Positions 13,969 through 28,556 are shown, counted from the first letter of the stretch. The stretch is DNA of 64,000 nt from Octopus sinensis (GCF_006345805.1 NC_043009.1:2790001-2854000); one strand, 5' to 3'. Notes: a model not told the origin generated them from the letters alone. Made by a program: numbers and translations.

Positions 13969-14708
13969 CATTACCTGTCTTGCTCACAGCCGAACTCTAA
14001 ACTGTAAGTCATAGACCTAAGTTGATTTTAATGCGATATCATAATAACCTCAGGCTCGATATTGGAATTAGCGTCTACCAGATCAACTTCCCAGCTAAAA
14101 CGATTGTCACCCAGAGCCTCCTCTTCGTCCTTACTTGCCCAATATCCTTTCCCTCATCCACTTCTCCTTCCATTTTCTTTCCTCGTCCACTTCGTTCTCT
14201 TCTTCCTGCACTTCTTTATACATCTCCTCCTCCTGTTCAGTCAGTTTTTCCCTCGTCATCGCCTTGCTTTTCTTTGCTTGGTCGCTACCTTCACAACCTT
14301 TCGCTCCACCTCTCACATTTATTTCTCTACCTTCACCTCCTCCTCCACGACCAACAATTGTTCCTTCTCTTCTTCACCACATAGCTCCTACTTCAATTCC
14401 TTTTTTTCTTCCCACATGTTCTTCCCTACTTTGAGTTTCTTCATTCTTCCCTTCATCATTTTTTCCCTTTCCGACAGGATATCTTACCTTCCATTACGAC
14501 AATTATCATAACTCCGATTTTAACGCTAAAATATGTATACTTAAATACTACATCATGATTACTACGGATGTATGAAAGCGCTAATTGAACTTTATGAACA
14601 TTACAAAATATTTTTGTCGATGTTAAAATACTATAATAAAAGGCGTGAAAACCAGACTATGTTTTAACTAAATAATATTCTATACACATTCACAAAAATT
14701 CGGAAAAA

Positions 14709-14762
<54 letters not shown>

Positions 14763-16002
14763 GTATATAGTAAGCACATATATGCGAAACAAGGTGCAAA
14801 AATAGTACTCGATTACCGGAGGTAGATTAATATGCTGCATTAATAAAGTTGCAAAGACATCATAAATACTGTTACTCTGAGTAACAGTTTTTATGATGTG
14901 TATAATTTTTAATAAAGTATATACACACACACCACACACACACACACACAAACACACACATACACACACACAAACACACATATATATGCATGTATTTATT
15001 CGTGGGTCCGTGTATATACATTCCTACTGCAGCATTTATATCTTCCTTACTCTTGGCTGATAACCATCAGTATTTGGTGCTCGAAAATATAGCTGATATA
15101 AACGAAATAAGTGTTCTATGTTCTTCAGCATTAAAAAAACTATTTTCTTCAAAAACTTAAACTAATATCATTCATACGATAAAATAACAAAATTCTAAAT
15201 CATAAATAACATTTATTGCTTTCGAATTTAACGCAAATTCGATATTTTCTCACAATGATGGAAAGAAAGCAGATTAAATAAATCAAAACTATGGGAAAAT
15301 CAGGAAAATGTCAACAGTTTATAACAAAAAATAAACTTCATTTAAATGTAATCGAAAAAAAAGAAAACATAATTTTTCATGGCATGTATACACTATCGAA
15401 TCTATAATGTCCGCTTTCTTAGTGATTTGCGTCGAAATTCAGTTAAAATTATTTTCAGAACAAATTTCACTCTCTTTCCATTTTTGTCTTACGCTGAGTG
15501 AGCAAACATTTGCTTATTTCTGTTAAAATTGTATGTAATCTGGAATGTAAAGCTTGAGTGTATTTTACTAGCTTTAGTTCATTAATAATGATTGCTGACA
15601 CTATCATTTCAGTTGTTCTTCGTGGAAAATTTAAATGCACTGCCATTATTGTCTAAAATTTCGTTTCCTAAGAAAATATGTTACCATGGAGAAATATGAC
15701 ACGTTAAAATTTTAATAGTACGCTTTCGGATCTCCATTGGACTCAAATAGTGGTGTAGGAATGAAAATGCTTATTCTTTCTCTTTCGAAGAATATTTGTA
15801 TGCACTCTTCATTAATTTCATAAAAGGCAACGCCGTTGATTTCTGAGATTTTCCTTTTATAATCGTAGAAGGATTATAGAAGCAAAAATAGCATTGCTAA
15901 TACAACATTAACATTTGTAAATGCAAGCATATAAGACAGACTTCATTTCCAAACAAATAATGCAACGGAGAACCGATAAATGTCATAAATTCTGTTGGTG
16001 AT

Positions 16003-16212
16003 GTATGTTTGCCTGCGTTTGTCTTTCTCCACTGCTCAGTAACCGGTGTTGGTGTATTTATATCCCCGTAAGTTAGCAGTCGGCAAAGAAGTGTTATTGA
16101 GTAAATACCAGGCCTAAAAAAAAGTATTGTGGTCGCTACATTCGACTGTAAATTCTTCAAGGCAGTGCCCCAGCATAGCCGCAGTCTAATAAATAAAAGT
16201 TTAAAAGATAAA
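16003..16212 (+). mobile_element. 3' half of SINE family A (degenerate)
   Basis: TCCCCGTAAGTTAGCAGTCGGCAAAG...AAGGCAGTGCCCCAGCATAGCCGCAGTC matches the 3' half of SINE A. Confidence 0.6.
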
Positions 16213-17481
16213 AACGAAACCTTTAAATTCTTTCATATAAAACCCCTGACTGAACTATATTCTACGAAGGAAACGTTTGTTCATTCATTAAAAAAGAACG
16301 GGGAATGAATTTATACGCATTTGCTAAAGCAGGTAATAGAAGAAATATAATTCACTGCTGCCCGGGTCTAAACGCTAATAGTTATCATTGTAACACACTC
16401 AGGGGTTTCAGTGAGGGAGTAAAGATGTTGACATAGGCAGTGTTCATTTTGGGATCAATAATATGGGGATAAAAAGCGCCCAGTCCAGAAACAAGAACAT
16501 TGTTGAAAATTATATGCGACAAACATCACACAATTGTTCGACCTTTGTATATTCATTAGGTAAAACGCCATTAATTAACAATGGAATATTAATTGAAGAA
16601 TTTAGGTATTCATATTAATACTGATATCATCATTTTGCCTATCGTTGAAAGATATACATGCTTAAACAAAATAAAGGAAAGGATTGAATTACAAGCATTT
16701 CTATGGTTTATGAAATGCAACACAAGTCATACGTACAGATTTGTACAAAATATATGCCTCTTTATTTAATGGTATTCACTGACAGAAGATCCCTGGGTAC
16801 TGTATGGGTCGGCGCATAAGATGTTCTGTCTCACAAGGCGTACCCCTATTCTACATTTTTTGTAGAAAAACAAATCTACTGTGTTACATAATACACAAAC
16901 TAAAAGATATTTTAAAGGAAATATATGACTGCGCATGTAAATACGATGCTGGGAACGTTCGCTAGAATATAATATGAAAATATAGATTTATCATAAAGCA
17001 TCCATATTAACGTGTATTCTACTTTCATGCGTTTAAAAATAAAAGGAATAGAGTTGAATGCGCAGGAAATACACCAATCCTTCGGTTCTTTGTCGTGCAT
17101 CATGCTTTAGAGAAGCTAACGCTGATATAATATATGGCTCAATACTCCACGATCTGCAAGATTTCCCATTTAATCTCCAGGGTTTTTTATTTGGCGAGCA
17201 TTTAACACATGATTACAAAAATTATGCTCATATTTGACCGGCCAATTGAATACACTTAACGAATTGGTCGGATATGATTACTTATAACGTACTGATATTC
17301 ACACCTATCTTCTTGCCTTTATGTTACTGTTCCAGAGTGCCTCACCCTTTGCATTTTTATGCCACTTTTTAGGACGGCTGCAGCACAGGATTTCCTATAT
17401 ATCTGTGAACGAAGTTATATAACTAGTCACCTACTATTTCCCTCCTATCTTTTTCTTGAATTACAAACTTAATTTCTTCTC

Positions 17482-17577
<96 letters not shown>

Positions 17578-17702
17578 ATTATTATTATTATTATTATTAT
17601 TATTATTTTTATTTTTATTATTTTTATTATTATTTTTATTTTTATTATTATATTATTATTATTATTATTACTATTATTATTATTATTATTATTATCATTA
17701 TG

Positions 17703-17785
17703 AAAGGTGTCGAGCTGGCAGAATCGTTAGCACGTCGGGCAAAATATTTTGCGTTATTTCCTGTGCATCTACATTCTGAGTTCAA
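17703..17785 (+). mobile_element. SINE family B head, truncated after the B box
   Basis: AAAGGTGTCGAGCTGGCAGAATCGTTAGCACG...CTGAGTTCAA, followed directly by the R4 fragment. Confidence 0.65.
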
Positions 17786-19025
17786 CAGACTGTCCACTTG
17801 AACGATTCCTCTCTTGATATTTACTTCTCCCACCTTAACTCCACATGCTGTGAGTACAGTTCACCACGTTGTCATTGAGTTTTGTATTTACTTCAGGAGA
17901 TTGTGGGAGACCTTAAGCGGTTTAAGGCATTCAATAACCCACGAGTGTGGGACCATGTCATATGCTTTCCTGTAGCCCACCCATGCCATCGCCAAATTTT
18001 TGTGTCTCTTCTTGCAGTCAGACAGGATAGTCTTACCGAATAGCAATTAATCCTTCGTTCCTCTTCTCTTACGTCTTCACCCTTTTTGTTCCACTGTTAG
18101 TAGGTCGTTCTCATTTAGGTACTTATAGATTCTGTTTAATATGATGTCCGTTATCAGTTTCCACATCAGTGGCAAACAAGATATTGGTTGGAAATTTCCA
18201 ACCGCATCCCCATTACTTGGGTCCTTCTGGCAAAGTACCGTTCTTCCTTTTGTCATCCAGGCCGGTACTTGGAAGACACTACTCAGTAATTCGTCCATCT
18301 GTCTCGCAATTCACCTGTGCAGAGCTGTCAAGATTTTAAGACAAAAAACCCGAACCCCATCAGGCCCAGGCGCTTTCGAGTCTGGAACTTTCCTGCACTA
18401 ATCTCTAGTCATCGCCTCGGTCATACTCAAATCCTCCTGCTGATACTCTCCACTCTATTCTTTGAGTGTCTTTAATCACTCTGCTTCAGTTTTGTGTTGT
18501 TACTTTTGAGACCATATGTTTGGCAATAATCTTTTGCTTTCTTCAGCATCCGGCACGGCTTTTTCACCTTTTTCTTTCTCATCCAGTTTCTGATAGAGTC
18601 GTTTCTGATTTTGTTCGAAAAGTTTGTTTAATCTCTACTGCTCAATTCTCTGTTCATATCTCTTTAGTTTATGTGCTTTAGCTCTCAGCCTCTGCTTTAA
18701 TTCCCTTTCTCTTCACTCAATACTTCTTCTCTTGCTCAACATATTTCTCTCGCCAAACTTTATTTCTTCTTCCGTTCCAGAATATTAATACAATTTCTGG
18801 TCTCCTTAATAGACGGCGTTATTCTCCATCTCCACCATGGTTCCTTCAGGTTATGTTGGCCTTTACTCTTGGCTTTCAATCCTAACTTCCGGGCTATAAT
18901 GTTCGAGATTGCATTCATCAGATTGTTGGTCTCTGTGACACTGTCAGTCCTGATATCACCAGTGAGATCATTTATCTTCCTGACCCATTCATTGAGTTTC
19001 TTTCTGTCTACATTTTTAAACCCCG
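17786..19025 (-). mobile_element. Degenerate internal fragment of an R4-like element (N-terminal half of RT)
   Basis: Minus strand: EPWWRWRI, WMTKGRTVLCQKD..NFQPISCLPLMWK, NLAMAWVGYRKAYDMVPHSW, GEVNIKRGIVQVDSL. The 5' end abuts (AAT)n in element sense. The 3' end is cut at a SINE head. Confidence 0.8.
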
Positions 19026-19082
19026 TATTATTATTATTATCATCATCATCATCATCATTATTATCATTATTACTATCATTAC

Positions 19083-19139
<57 letters not shown>

Positions 19140-19150
19140 GATTATTATTT

Positions 19151-19331
19151 AGGCGGTGGGTTGGCTGAATCGTTAACACGCCGGGTAAAATGGTTCGTGG
19201 TATTTCGTACCGTCCTGTACGTTCTCTTTTCAAATTCCGGAGAAGGCGATATTGCCTTTCATCTGTTTGGAGTGGATAAATTAAGTACCAAAATTTCAGG
19301 GCCTGTGCTTTTAGTAGACTAGAAGAAAGGA
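19151..19331 (+). mobile_element. SINE family B (internally shortened) within (ATT)n
   Basis: AGGCGGTGGGTTGGCTGAATCGTTAACACGCCGGG head; ATT tail. Confidence 0.65.
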
Positions 19332-20070
19332 TTATTATTATTATTATTATTATTATTATAATTATTATTATTATTATTACTATTATTATTATTATTGCTA
19401 TTATTACTATTATTATTATTATTGTTATTATTATTATCATTATTATTATTATTATTATTATTGTTATTATTACTATTATTTTTTTTTATTTATCATCGTT
19501 TCTATTACAGGAAATACAGTTGTTATTGTTATCAGTGAGACAAATTAGAGATCTAATCGATTTGCTTTTCAATAAAATGTACGTTCCGGTTGCTATAAAA
19601 CTAGTTATAAATGCATCCTACTTCTTGAAATTATTAGAAGTCATGTCCTGGGATCAATCCAATTGACCATAATTGTGCCAACATCAAGAATTAATTAAAA
19701 TCCTGTCGCAGTGATATCACCCTTTTTATACTTTAACTGTCGACAAAGAACTTACTACAGACGCGTGCCAAACGTTCGGGAATAAATCCGGTGTAATCAT
19801 AAATTAGAATTTCTCTTTAGAAACCGAAATGGTTGTAAGAATACTGTTATTGTTCATTCAGAGTTATTGTATATCAAATTTCATTGTAGTGGATGAAAAT
19901 CTGATAGCAAAGATTGTTATATCTGAGATGATAAAGTCTCGCCATTCTGATAGAATATTATCGTACCAGGTCCAGTTACTCAACTGTCGACAAGTTCTTC
20001 ATGAGTGACTATACTTTTCTTCTTTTTTTGCAAGGAATAACGAAATCTAGAATTTATATATGTTTCTGGC

Positions 20071-20136
<66 letters not shown>

Positions 20137-20929
20137 CAGCGAAACACTTAAAGGAATTTGAAGGAAATGGAAATATATAAAACACACTGCAAATTGTGTA
20201 GGTTAATAGAGAGTAACTACATCGTTTATGATTACCATCGTAACAATATCTACTTCGCATATGGCAAGCGAAATGTTCAGTGAAGATCACACGAGGGAGA
20301 TTGCAGATAATTACAAAATTTGGCATCCTGTCACAAATTGTAATAGCATTCATTATGTAAGATTAAAAGACATCGTGTAGTCAACGGGCAACAAATGATA
20401 ATTTTCTTACGAGTCTATTGTAGTTACTGGACGAAAAAATCTATGCTGCTATTTGAAGATTATTCAAACACTGCACTGTAAAGAAACTAAAACATCACAA
20501 AATGTATATCCTTTATTTGCTATTACTGTATTATTATGGTGTATGTATAGTTGATAATTTAAGAAATGTTCAGTTTTGAGGCCCAATGTTCGATTCCTGT
20601 CCGTGGACATGTGCATTTTACTATCGTCCTATGTGAATCCAAACCAATACAAGTAGATAGTTGGAAAATGTATGGAAACTAGACAGATAGATAATAACTG
20701 TATAAGAGTAGAGTTTTATCAGACACATTCTATCAACTAACAGGATAGACACAGAATTAATGAGAAAAAAACAACAAACAAGCAAGGCATTGCAGGGGCG
20801 ATGTGTACCCTACGAGCAGATAAATTTTTCGTCAGTCATAGTGTGGCTTACAATGCGTTGCTCACCCATGCTTTTTAATTAGACTGAATTAAGTTTTGTA
20901 ATTAGAATTAGAATTAGAAGCCTAAGGAC

Positions 20930-21090
20930 GGTGAAATTAAGAAATCAACTCGTAAATAAAGGAAACTCTCGAATCCATCACACCCGCACACGCGCGAACA
21001 TACAAACAAACGTATGCACACACACACATACACACACGCACAGAGACAGTCGCATATGTATGTGTGTATGAATGTATGTATGTATGTATG

Positions 21091-21124
<34 letters not shown>

Positions 21125-21490
21125 TGTATGTATGTATGTATGTATGTATGTATGTATGTACCTACAGGAGTCTACGCGCGTAGGTACACCAAGATCTATA
21201 TACAGCAGACGAATGTTGATTGATATGAAAATGAAAGAGAACAAAATGAAATACAGAAAATATTGCATAAAATTTCAGAAGTGATTCGTAATATGTATTT
21301 ATACTCTGGTGAAATTAATTAGTCAACTCGTAAAGAAACGAAACCCTCGAATCCATCCCTGTACCCACACTCACAGACACACACACACACACACTTACAC
21401 AGAAACACACACAAGTACACTCACACTCACCTTTACACGCAAAATCACAGACAGACACACAGTCGCATGTCTGTGAATGTATTTATGTAT
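20930..21490. repeat. Diverged tandem duplication, period ~378 bp
   Basis: GGTGAAATTAA..TCAACTCGTAAA..GAAAC.CTCGAATCCATC at 20930 and 21308, each followed by a CA-rich tract and CAGTCGCAT..TGAATGTAT. Confidence 0.65.
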
Positions 21491-22704
21491 GTTTGAAGAT
21501 AATCAAACCAAATTCTCATCATTTCGAGCAACACACCCAATAAGTAGTTCTGTCAAATTTGGTGAAAATCCGTTCAATCGTTTTCCAGTAATTTTGCAAA
21601 CCCAGAGGAAAACCAGACGAAGACGAGTGATTACAATGCCCTGCTTTCTCTTACGTGTGCAGGACAGCAATGAAACATATTGAAGCCATAAAGAACAAGA
21701 TATGTAGTAACGGTAAAATTTGGCCTATAATTTGAAAAAATACGAACGCCATTCATTTTGACAAGCAAGACAATAATGCCAAGATATAAAACTAATAATA
21801 ACGTAAGTTGCCTTCGTCCGTTTATTGAACATCGTTAAAATATCTTGAGATATGTTACATTTGAAAGATTAGATTACAGCTTACTCCATAAGATTCAAAA
21901 AAAGAGCCAGAAAATTGTATGAAACACTTATGAAATATTCTATTAGGAGATTTAAGAATTCAACAAAAATCATATCTGTCGGATGCATTTCTTATAAAGA
22001 TATCGAAATTTCTCAATGAAATCTGAAATCCTGTCACAATGGGAATACATGTTGCCCTTATTTTTACATGCAACAGTAACCCCGTGGTCATTATGTAACA
22101 TCATGCATTCTATCGTTTATTTAATTTTTATGGAAAAAATGTCTAAATATCTTACAACACCAATAGTTGTATCTCAATAATGAATATTTTTCTTGTGCAG
22201 TAATTTGAGATTCGCTAAATTATGTACATAGAATCATTAGAGTGAAAGGCATTAAGAATAGAAAGATTGTTTATATTGCTTCAATCATCAGCTACAATAT
22301 CAATTACAACACCTCCTGATATCTTATTTCATTAATCTTTAATTAAAATGTATTAAAAATAATCAGCAACTGGTATTATATACGTGACAAAAATACGTTA
22401 TCTTGTTTACAAAAACAATCATACACAGATAAACATCTGGGCATATGTAAGAGGAAATATACACCTACACATTGAACTGTAGTGAATAATTATGCATACA
22501 TAAAGACACATACAAACACACACTCAGTCACACATACACATACATACACATATATTCATACCTATATATTCATATATATGCATATACATATACACACACA
22601 TATATATATATGCATATATATATATTTATGTATATGCATATATATATATATATGCATACGTATATATATGTTTATATATATATACACACACACACACACA
22701 TATA

Positions 22705-22777
<73 letters not shown>

Positions 22778-22860
22778 CAGAAAATTGATAGATACCTCGA
22801 TATACACATGTATATGCAATATAAAGATGTATGTGCTTATGGTATACATACATACATATA

Positions 22861-22910
<50 letters not shown>

Positions 22911-23097
22911 CAGAGAAAGAGAGAGAGAGAGACATAGAGAGAGAGAGAGAGAGAGAGAGGCAGAAGGCAAATATTTAGAAGTACTGAAATATTAAGAATG
23001 AACAATGTAAGAATAATAGAAGATGTATAAAACAAACAGAAATAATTCTAATAAATAAGAGAAAAAGGACACGAAAACGTCACGTAATAATAATAAT

Positions 23098-23138
<41 letters not shown>

Positions 23139-23150
23139 TGATAATAAAAA

Positions 23151-23215
<65 letters not shown>

Positions 23216-23936
23216 CAACAACAACAATAGCAACTATGATTAGAAATGCAAATAAAAGCAAATGACGAAGAAGGCAACTATGCTAGTGTTTCGGTTTTGG
23301 AAATGTTGTGACGATATTACTGTTATCCACGGAGTGATTTTAGTATTCACTGGCTTGGATTATGAGCTTTGCATCTCGTCATCGCATACAGGTCTGTTGA
23401 TAATGAGAACATTTATAAGAACTAATCCTTAGAATAACGTGAAATGCATACAGAATTGGTTTTTGTTCGATATCGAATGGTGTGGATATGGGTTATAATA
23501 CGTTATGACAAGACGTGGCTGTAGAAGTCAATGGGAAGCGATAGAAAATAAGAGCGATTGTTTAGTGGTGGTGTGAAGAGATTTTTACAAGCCCCGATCG
23601 GAGGGAGAGATAACAATAATGAAGAAGAAAGGAGATTATCATTATGAACATTTCTTGCATAACCACTGTCCTCTCCGTAGTCGTCGTCATCATCATCGAA
23701 GTCGTCACGAATGCAACTCTAAATTTTATTTCAAATGCTGCATTCGTTCGACTGTTATTCAATGGTGTTATATGGCTTCTATCATCAATATTATTATTAA
23801 CGTTATAATATATTTTCCTTCGTGGTGGGTTGTATTGCCGTGGTTGTCATCCACGATTGGACGTTGTCATTTCGATATTGCTCGCAACAGAAGCAGTAGC
23901 AACAACAGCAGCAGCAACGGCAGCAGCAACCGTAGT

Positions 23937-24313
23937 GGAGGCGCAATGGCCCAGTGGTTAGGGCAGAGGACTCGCGGTCGGAGGATCGCGGTTTCGATTC
24001 CTAGACCGGACGTTGTGTGTGTTTATTGAGCGAAAACACCTAAAGCTCCACGAGGCTCCGGCAGGGGGAAGTGGCGACCCCTGTTGTACACTTTCGCTCC
24101 AACTTTCTCTCACTCTTTCTTCCTGTTTCTTGTCCCCGACTTCCTACGCAGCCGCTGAGCCTGGATGCGCATTCATCCATCCGTCGATGCTCTCGGCATC
24201 GGGGGTTGACCTGCTTTCTCCTCTGTGGGTCTTACGAATAGTAAAGGACCACGTTTCCGACTTCTCCCAAGAGGACGAAGACCGCTTCGCTCAACAAACA
24301 AACAAACAAACAA
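23937..24313 (+). mobile_element. tRNA-derived SINE family C with a 3' stem-loop and (ACAA)n tail
   Basis: GGAGGCGCAATGGCCCAGTGGTTAGGG (A box), GGTTTCGATTCC (B box), hairpin GACCTGC-N10-GTGGGTC near the 3' end, ACAA tail. Confidence 0.78.
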
Positions 24314-24397
24314 GCAGCAACAGCAGCACCACCGGCAGCAGCAACAGCATTAGTAACAGCAGCAGCAACATCTTTAGGAATTGATAATTGTCCTATT

Positions 24398-24768
24398 TTA
24401 CTCTTTTACTTGTTTCAGTCATTGAGTGCGGCCATGCTGGAGCACCGCCTTTAGTCAAGCAAATCGCCCCCAGAACTTTGGAAGCCTAGAACTTATTCTA
24501 TCGGTCGCATTTGCCGGACCGCTAAGTTACGGGGACGTAAACAAACCTGCATCGCTTGTCAAGCTATGTTGGGTCGACAAACACAGACACACAAAGATAT
24601 ACACACACATTTGGTACACAGTTTCCTTCTACAAATTCAACTCAGAAGGCTATGGTCGGCCCGAGGCTATAGTAGAAGACATCTGTCCAAGGTGTCACGC
24701 AATTGTACTGAACCCGGAACCATGTGGTTGATAACCACGCTACTTAGCACACAGCCACTCCTACGCCT
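24398..24768 (-). mobile_element. tRNA-like SINE family A
   Basis: Reverse complement of the family A SINE. Confidence 0.78.
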
Positions 24769-25389
24769 TTTTTCCTCTATAATATTACAGTTATGATCTT
24801 CACCATGATCGGCATCATGGTCAAATATGATGGTGATGACGACGACGAGGATGATGAGGATGTAGAGGATGTTGATGATCAACAAAACCAACAACAGCAC
24901 TGGCACCAAAACTGCCTCACACCAACAAAACCGCAACCATCTCCATAAACATCATTGACATGAACTCCGCCATGTCGATCGTTTTATTCCACACCGACAA
25001 TACATCCAGTGCCACCACCACATTTCTTTCGTTACAATTCCTCATGAATATCGAAAATGTCATCAACCGCTTTGTTTTCCTTTCTGTCATCATAGTCTTT
25101 AGTCATCAGGAACTTCAATATACACAACATCTGTGTTATCCTTAGCATTAACACCAATGACATTGCCATTCTCATCGCTATGATCAGCATCATCATCATC
25201 ACCATCTCCACCACCACCACCACTACCATCATCATCATCATCCTCATCATCATTGTCGTTGTCGTCGTCATCATGATCACCGCCAGCACCGCCGCCATAA
25301 GAGCCAATTTCATTAGATCCATAATTAACACAATTCTTAGAAAACAAATTCAAATGATATTCTTCAACACCACTTTCATTCAAAACGAT

Positions 25390-25459
25390 AACACTACTAC
25401 TAATACTACTACTACTGCTACTACTACTACTAATATCACCACCACTACTGCTGCTGCTA

Positions 25460-25546
<87 letters not shown>

Positions 25547-25673
25547 TTGATAATAATGATAATAACAATAACAATACTAATAATAATAATAATAATAATA
25601 ATAATATAATAATAACGATAATAATAATAATAATGATAATAACAATAACAATAACAATAACAATACTACTACT

Positions 25674-25719
<46 letters not shown>

Positions 25720-25722
25720 ATA

Positions 25723-25755
<33 letters not shown>

Positions 25756-25854
25756 TAATAATAATAACAATAACAATACTAATAATAATAATAATAATAA
25801 TAATAACGATAATAATAATAATAATGATAATAATAATAACAATAACAATAACAA

Positions 25855-25948
<94 letters not shown>
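25390..25948. repeat. Compound (ACT)n/(AAT)n microsatellite with internal block duplication
   Basis: The block AATAACGATAATAATAATAATAATGATAATAA...CAATACTACTAC...CCACCACTACTAC occurs twice. Confidence 0.9.
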
Positions 25949-26160
25949 TGTCTACTCTCCTTTCGTCTCCAAATTCTCACAAGGTAGAATGGCCAAGTAG
26001 AATACACGTCTCCTTCTAAACCATAATAATTGGATGAGTTAATCTAACGACATCAACATCAAATGAGGCATGTTTTAAGGTGACTCGCTCTCTCCATTAC
26101 TCTTTTGCGTGGAACTGATTCCACTCTCAAATGCAGTGAGCAATCTAAAAGACTGTACTA
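25949..26160 (+). mobile_element. Short degenerate R4-like RT fragment following (AAT)n
   Basis: Translates SNDINIK*GMF*GDSLSPLLFCVELIPL, i.e. RT motif B with two stops. Confidence 0.6.
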
Positions 26161-26306
26161 ACAAGTACTGCTCACATCCTTCGAAAAACCCTATCAATTT
26201 AAATGTCTGCGTTATATGACATAAATATATTTCGCCTCTGCACCTGCCACTTCTGTACATCTCTTAACCTTCACTCACCGCTGGGTGTGTTTTGGTAAGT
26301 AACAAA

Positions 26307-27185
26307 CATGGTCGCACCAAATCATAAAATCCCATACGATATTTGCCTTTTCACGTTCGATAATGCTTTCAGTTTTCTATGCGTACCAATTTTTTGCACT
26401 GGCAAGTCCATACTTACCGCAAAGTATCTAATGGACAATCCTTGCTATATTGTCATGACGTCTCTTATATTCTTTCTGGGATAGTGGCGCACATTGACTG
26501 GCAATATGCCATACTGTTTCACCAATATCTCCACAAATTCTGCACTTATCACTTTCTGATGTGTTGTCTATTCTGTATTTGATGTAATTAGTTGTTAATG
26601 CTTGCGCTTGGGCAGCACAGATTAGATCCACCATTTATGGTTTTATATCACGTTTAGACATCCATAGTCATCAATGTTTCCTGACTGTCTTAACTTCAGT
26701 ATCCCTATGAAATTGCCCATGCATTCTTTACTTTATCCACCTATTTCAGTCCCATTCATTCTCAAGTCAGTGTAGAGTGCTTTATCTTGGGTGGAGTATC
26801 CCATATCTAGTCAGCAACTTCCTTGTCTTTCTGTCTAAGTTGTTTATTTCGTCTACTATCAATGCGAATACCCCTGCTCCATATCTTAGGAGTGAAACCG
26901 CCCAGATGTTAGCTTCAATCTTATTCCGTCCGTTTAATTTCGACTTAAGTATCAGTCTCAGTCTAATATTTTCTATCATTTCTTTCTCCCTCAATTTATC
27001 CATTTCCTATATCTCCATGTACTTATATCACAACTCTTCTATCTTCTTCATAACCTACCCCGACGGTAACGCTAGTCCATCCTTACTATACTCAATCCAT
27101 GAGATGGCTAAGTTAGTTTTCCTCCTCTTGCAGTTTCCTCCTCTAAGTACAGTTTTGTCTACAATCAGGAATAAGAGCAACAAAT
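26307..27185 (-). mobile_element. Degenerate, internally deleted R4-like family C fragment (RT thumb and CCHC)
   Basis: LILKSKLNGRNKIEANIWAVSLLRYGAG; LICAAQAQALTTNYIKYRID..CRICGDIGETVWHIASQC..EYKRRHD; WDFMIWCDH. Confidence 0.8.
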
Positions 27186-27329
27186 GGGGCCTAAAAATAA
27201 CTGAAAAGGTTTTCGACTATTCCTGAGAATGTAAGACTCATTAAATTTTCGATCCAACTCGCCATCACTCGCAGAAGTAAATTATGGCTCAAATCACCAA
27301 CATACTGTCTCCGTCCCAAATATACACAA

Positions 27330-27650
27330 AAAATGAAAAATTGATTAAGTGATGCCTGTATTATTCAGCCGATTAATAACAAACTGGAAGTGCGTACTTT
27401 AAATTTATTACACAAAAAGCACGAATATGACACCTGTACAATTCTTTAAGACCAGACACTAATGGGCCGGTACCCTACAAAAATAATAACCGTCTAAATA
27501 AAAGCCAGGATATTATTCCTCATCTCTTGCAAATAAATCCCAAAGACCACAAATGGACACAAGAAGATTATATATGTAATTTACACTCATGTTTAAACAC
27601 TTAATTTATCGTACCTAAAAATGAAAATTCAGTAGCATGCTTATATATAA
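27330..27650 (+). mobile_element. Diverged 5' fragment of a family A-like element
   Basis: Aligns by eye to ~33080-33400, e.g. AATGGGCCGGTACCCTAC vs AACGGACCGGTACCCTAC and CCCAAAGACCACAAATGGACAC vs CCCAAAAGACGTAAATGGACAC. Confidence 0.6.
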
Positions 27651-28259
27651 TCGACTCCAATACGATCTGAAATTATAACACGCTTTCAGATTATTATAAC
27701 TAAAATGATACCTGAGTACGTAGTACACTACAAGAACAAGTATCAACTATTTCAGGAGTACATCGCACCTTGGGTAAAACTTATTTAATGAAAATATAGA
27801 CGATGAAATTTCATACTTATATGAAAACAATATATTGTTTAATTATTTAGTTTCATGTATTTTCACTGCTGAAGATACTAGTCAAGCGACAGATTAACTA
27901 TTTCACCTTAGTTTCCACACACACACACACACACACACGCACGCACACGCACGCACACACGCGCACACACACATTGCAATTTCATTTTAATATTGTCGTT
28001 TGTATTTCTTAACATTTTGGTTTTCACCATCAGCGATGTTATTATAATAATGTGATTGGTTTCCGGCTTTGTACTTTATGCTTTCCTTCTATATAAAAAT
28101 ATCTTTTGCTCTTCAGATTTCTTAGTTATGTTTATCTTTCTCCTCTGACTCACATTTTACAATGTTTCATTCCCATTCTTGATATCTTGCAGCGGTTTAT
28201 TATTTGTATTAAATCCGCTGAACTTGTATACAGGATAATTATGTTCTAGTAATAAAAAA

Positions 28260-28375
28260 TCTTCTTCTTCTTCTTCTTCTTCTTCTTCTTCTTCTTCTTC
28301 TCTTCTTCTTCTTCTTCTTCTTCTTCTTCTTCTTCTTCTTCTTCTTCTTCTTCTTCTTCTTCTTCTTCTTCTTTT
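28260..28375. repeat. (TTC)n microsatellite
   Basis: Direct reading. Confidence 0.95.
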
Positions 28376-28476
28376 CATTCTCCACCACCTCATCGTGTTT
28401 TTCATCTTCTCATTGTTAAGTAGAAAGGACAATCATCATCATCATAATTATTATTATTAGTAGCATTATCATTATT

Positions 28477-28543
<67 letters not shown>

Positions 28544-28556
28544 TATTATTATTATT

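Noticed and set aside
14022-14511. Overlapping ORFs over a pyrimidine-rich tract (E/K-rich on minus)
   Set aside because: Compositional bias explains the lack of stops. The minus frame is interrupted and no domain is recognisable.
21500-21660. Helitron/Helentron-like 3' segment (AAATTTGGTGAAAATCCGTTC...)
   Set aside because: Resemblance is from recall only. No terminal hairpin or matching 5' end could be demonstrated.
23937-24010. Possible tRNA gene
   Set aside because: A and B boxes are present, but the sequence continues into a SINE body and tail, and no full cloverleaf with acceptor stem is evident.
25032-25383. Acidic D/G-rich ORFs
   Set aside because: Decayed (CAT/CAC)n microsatellite.
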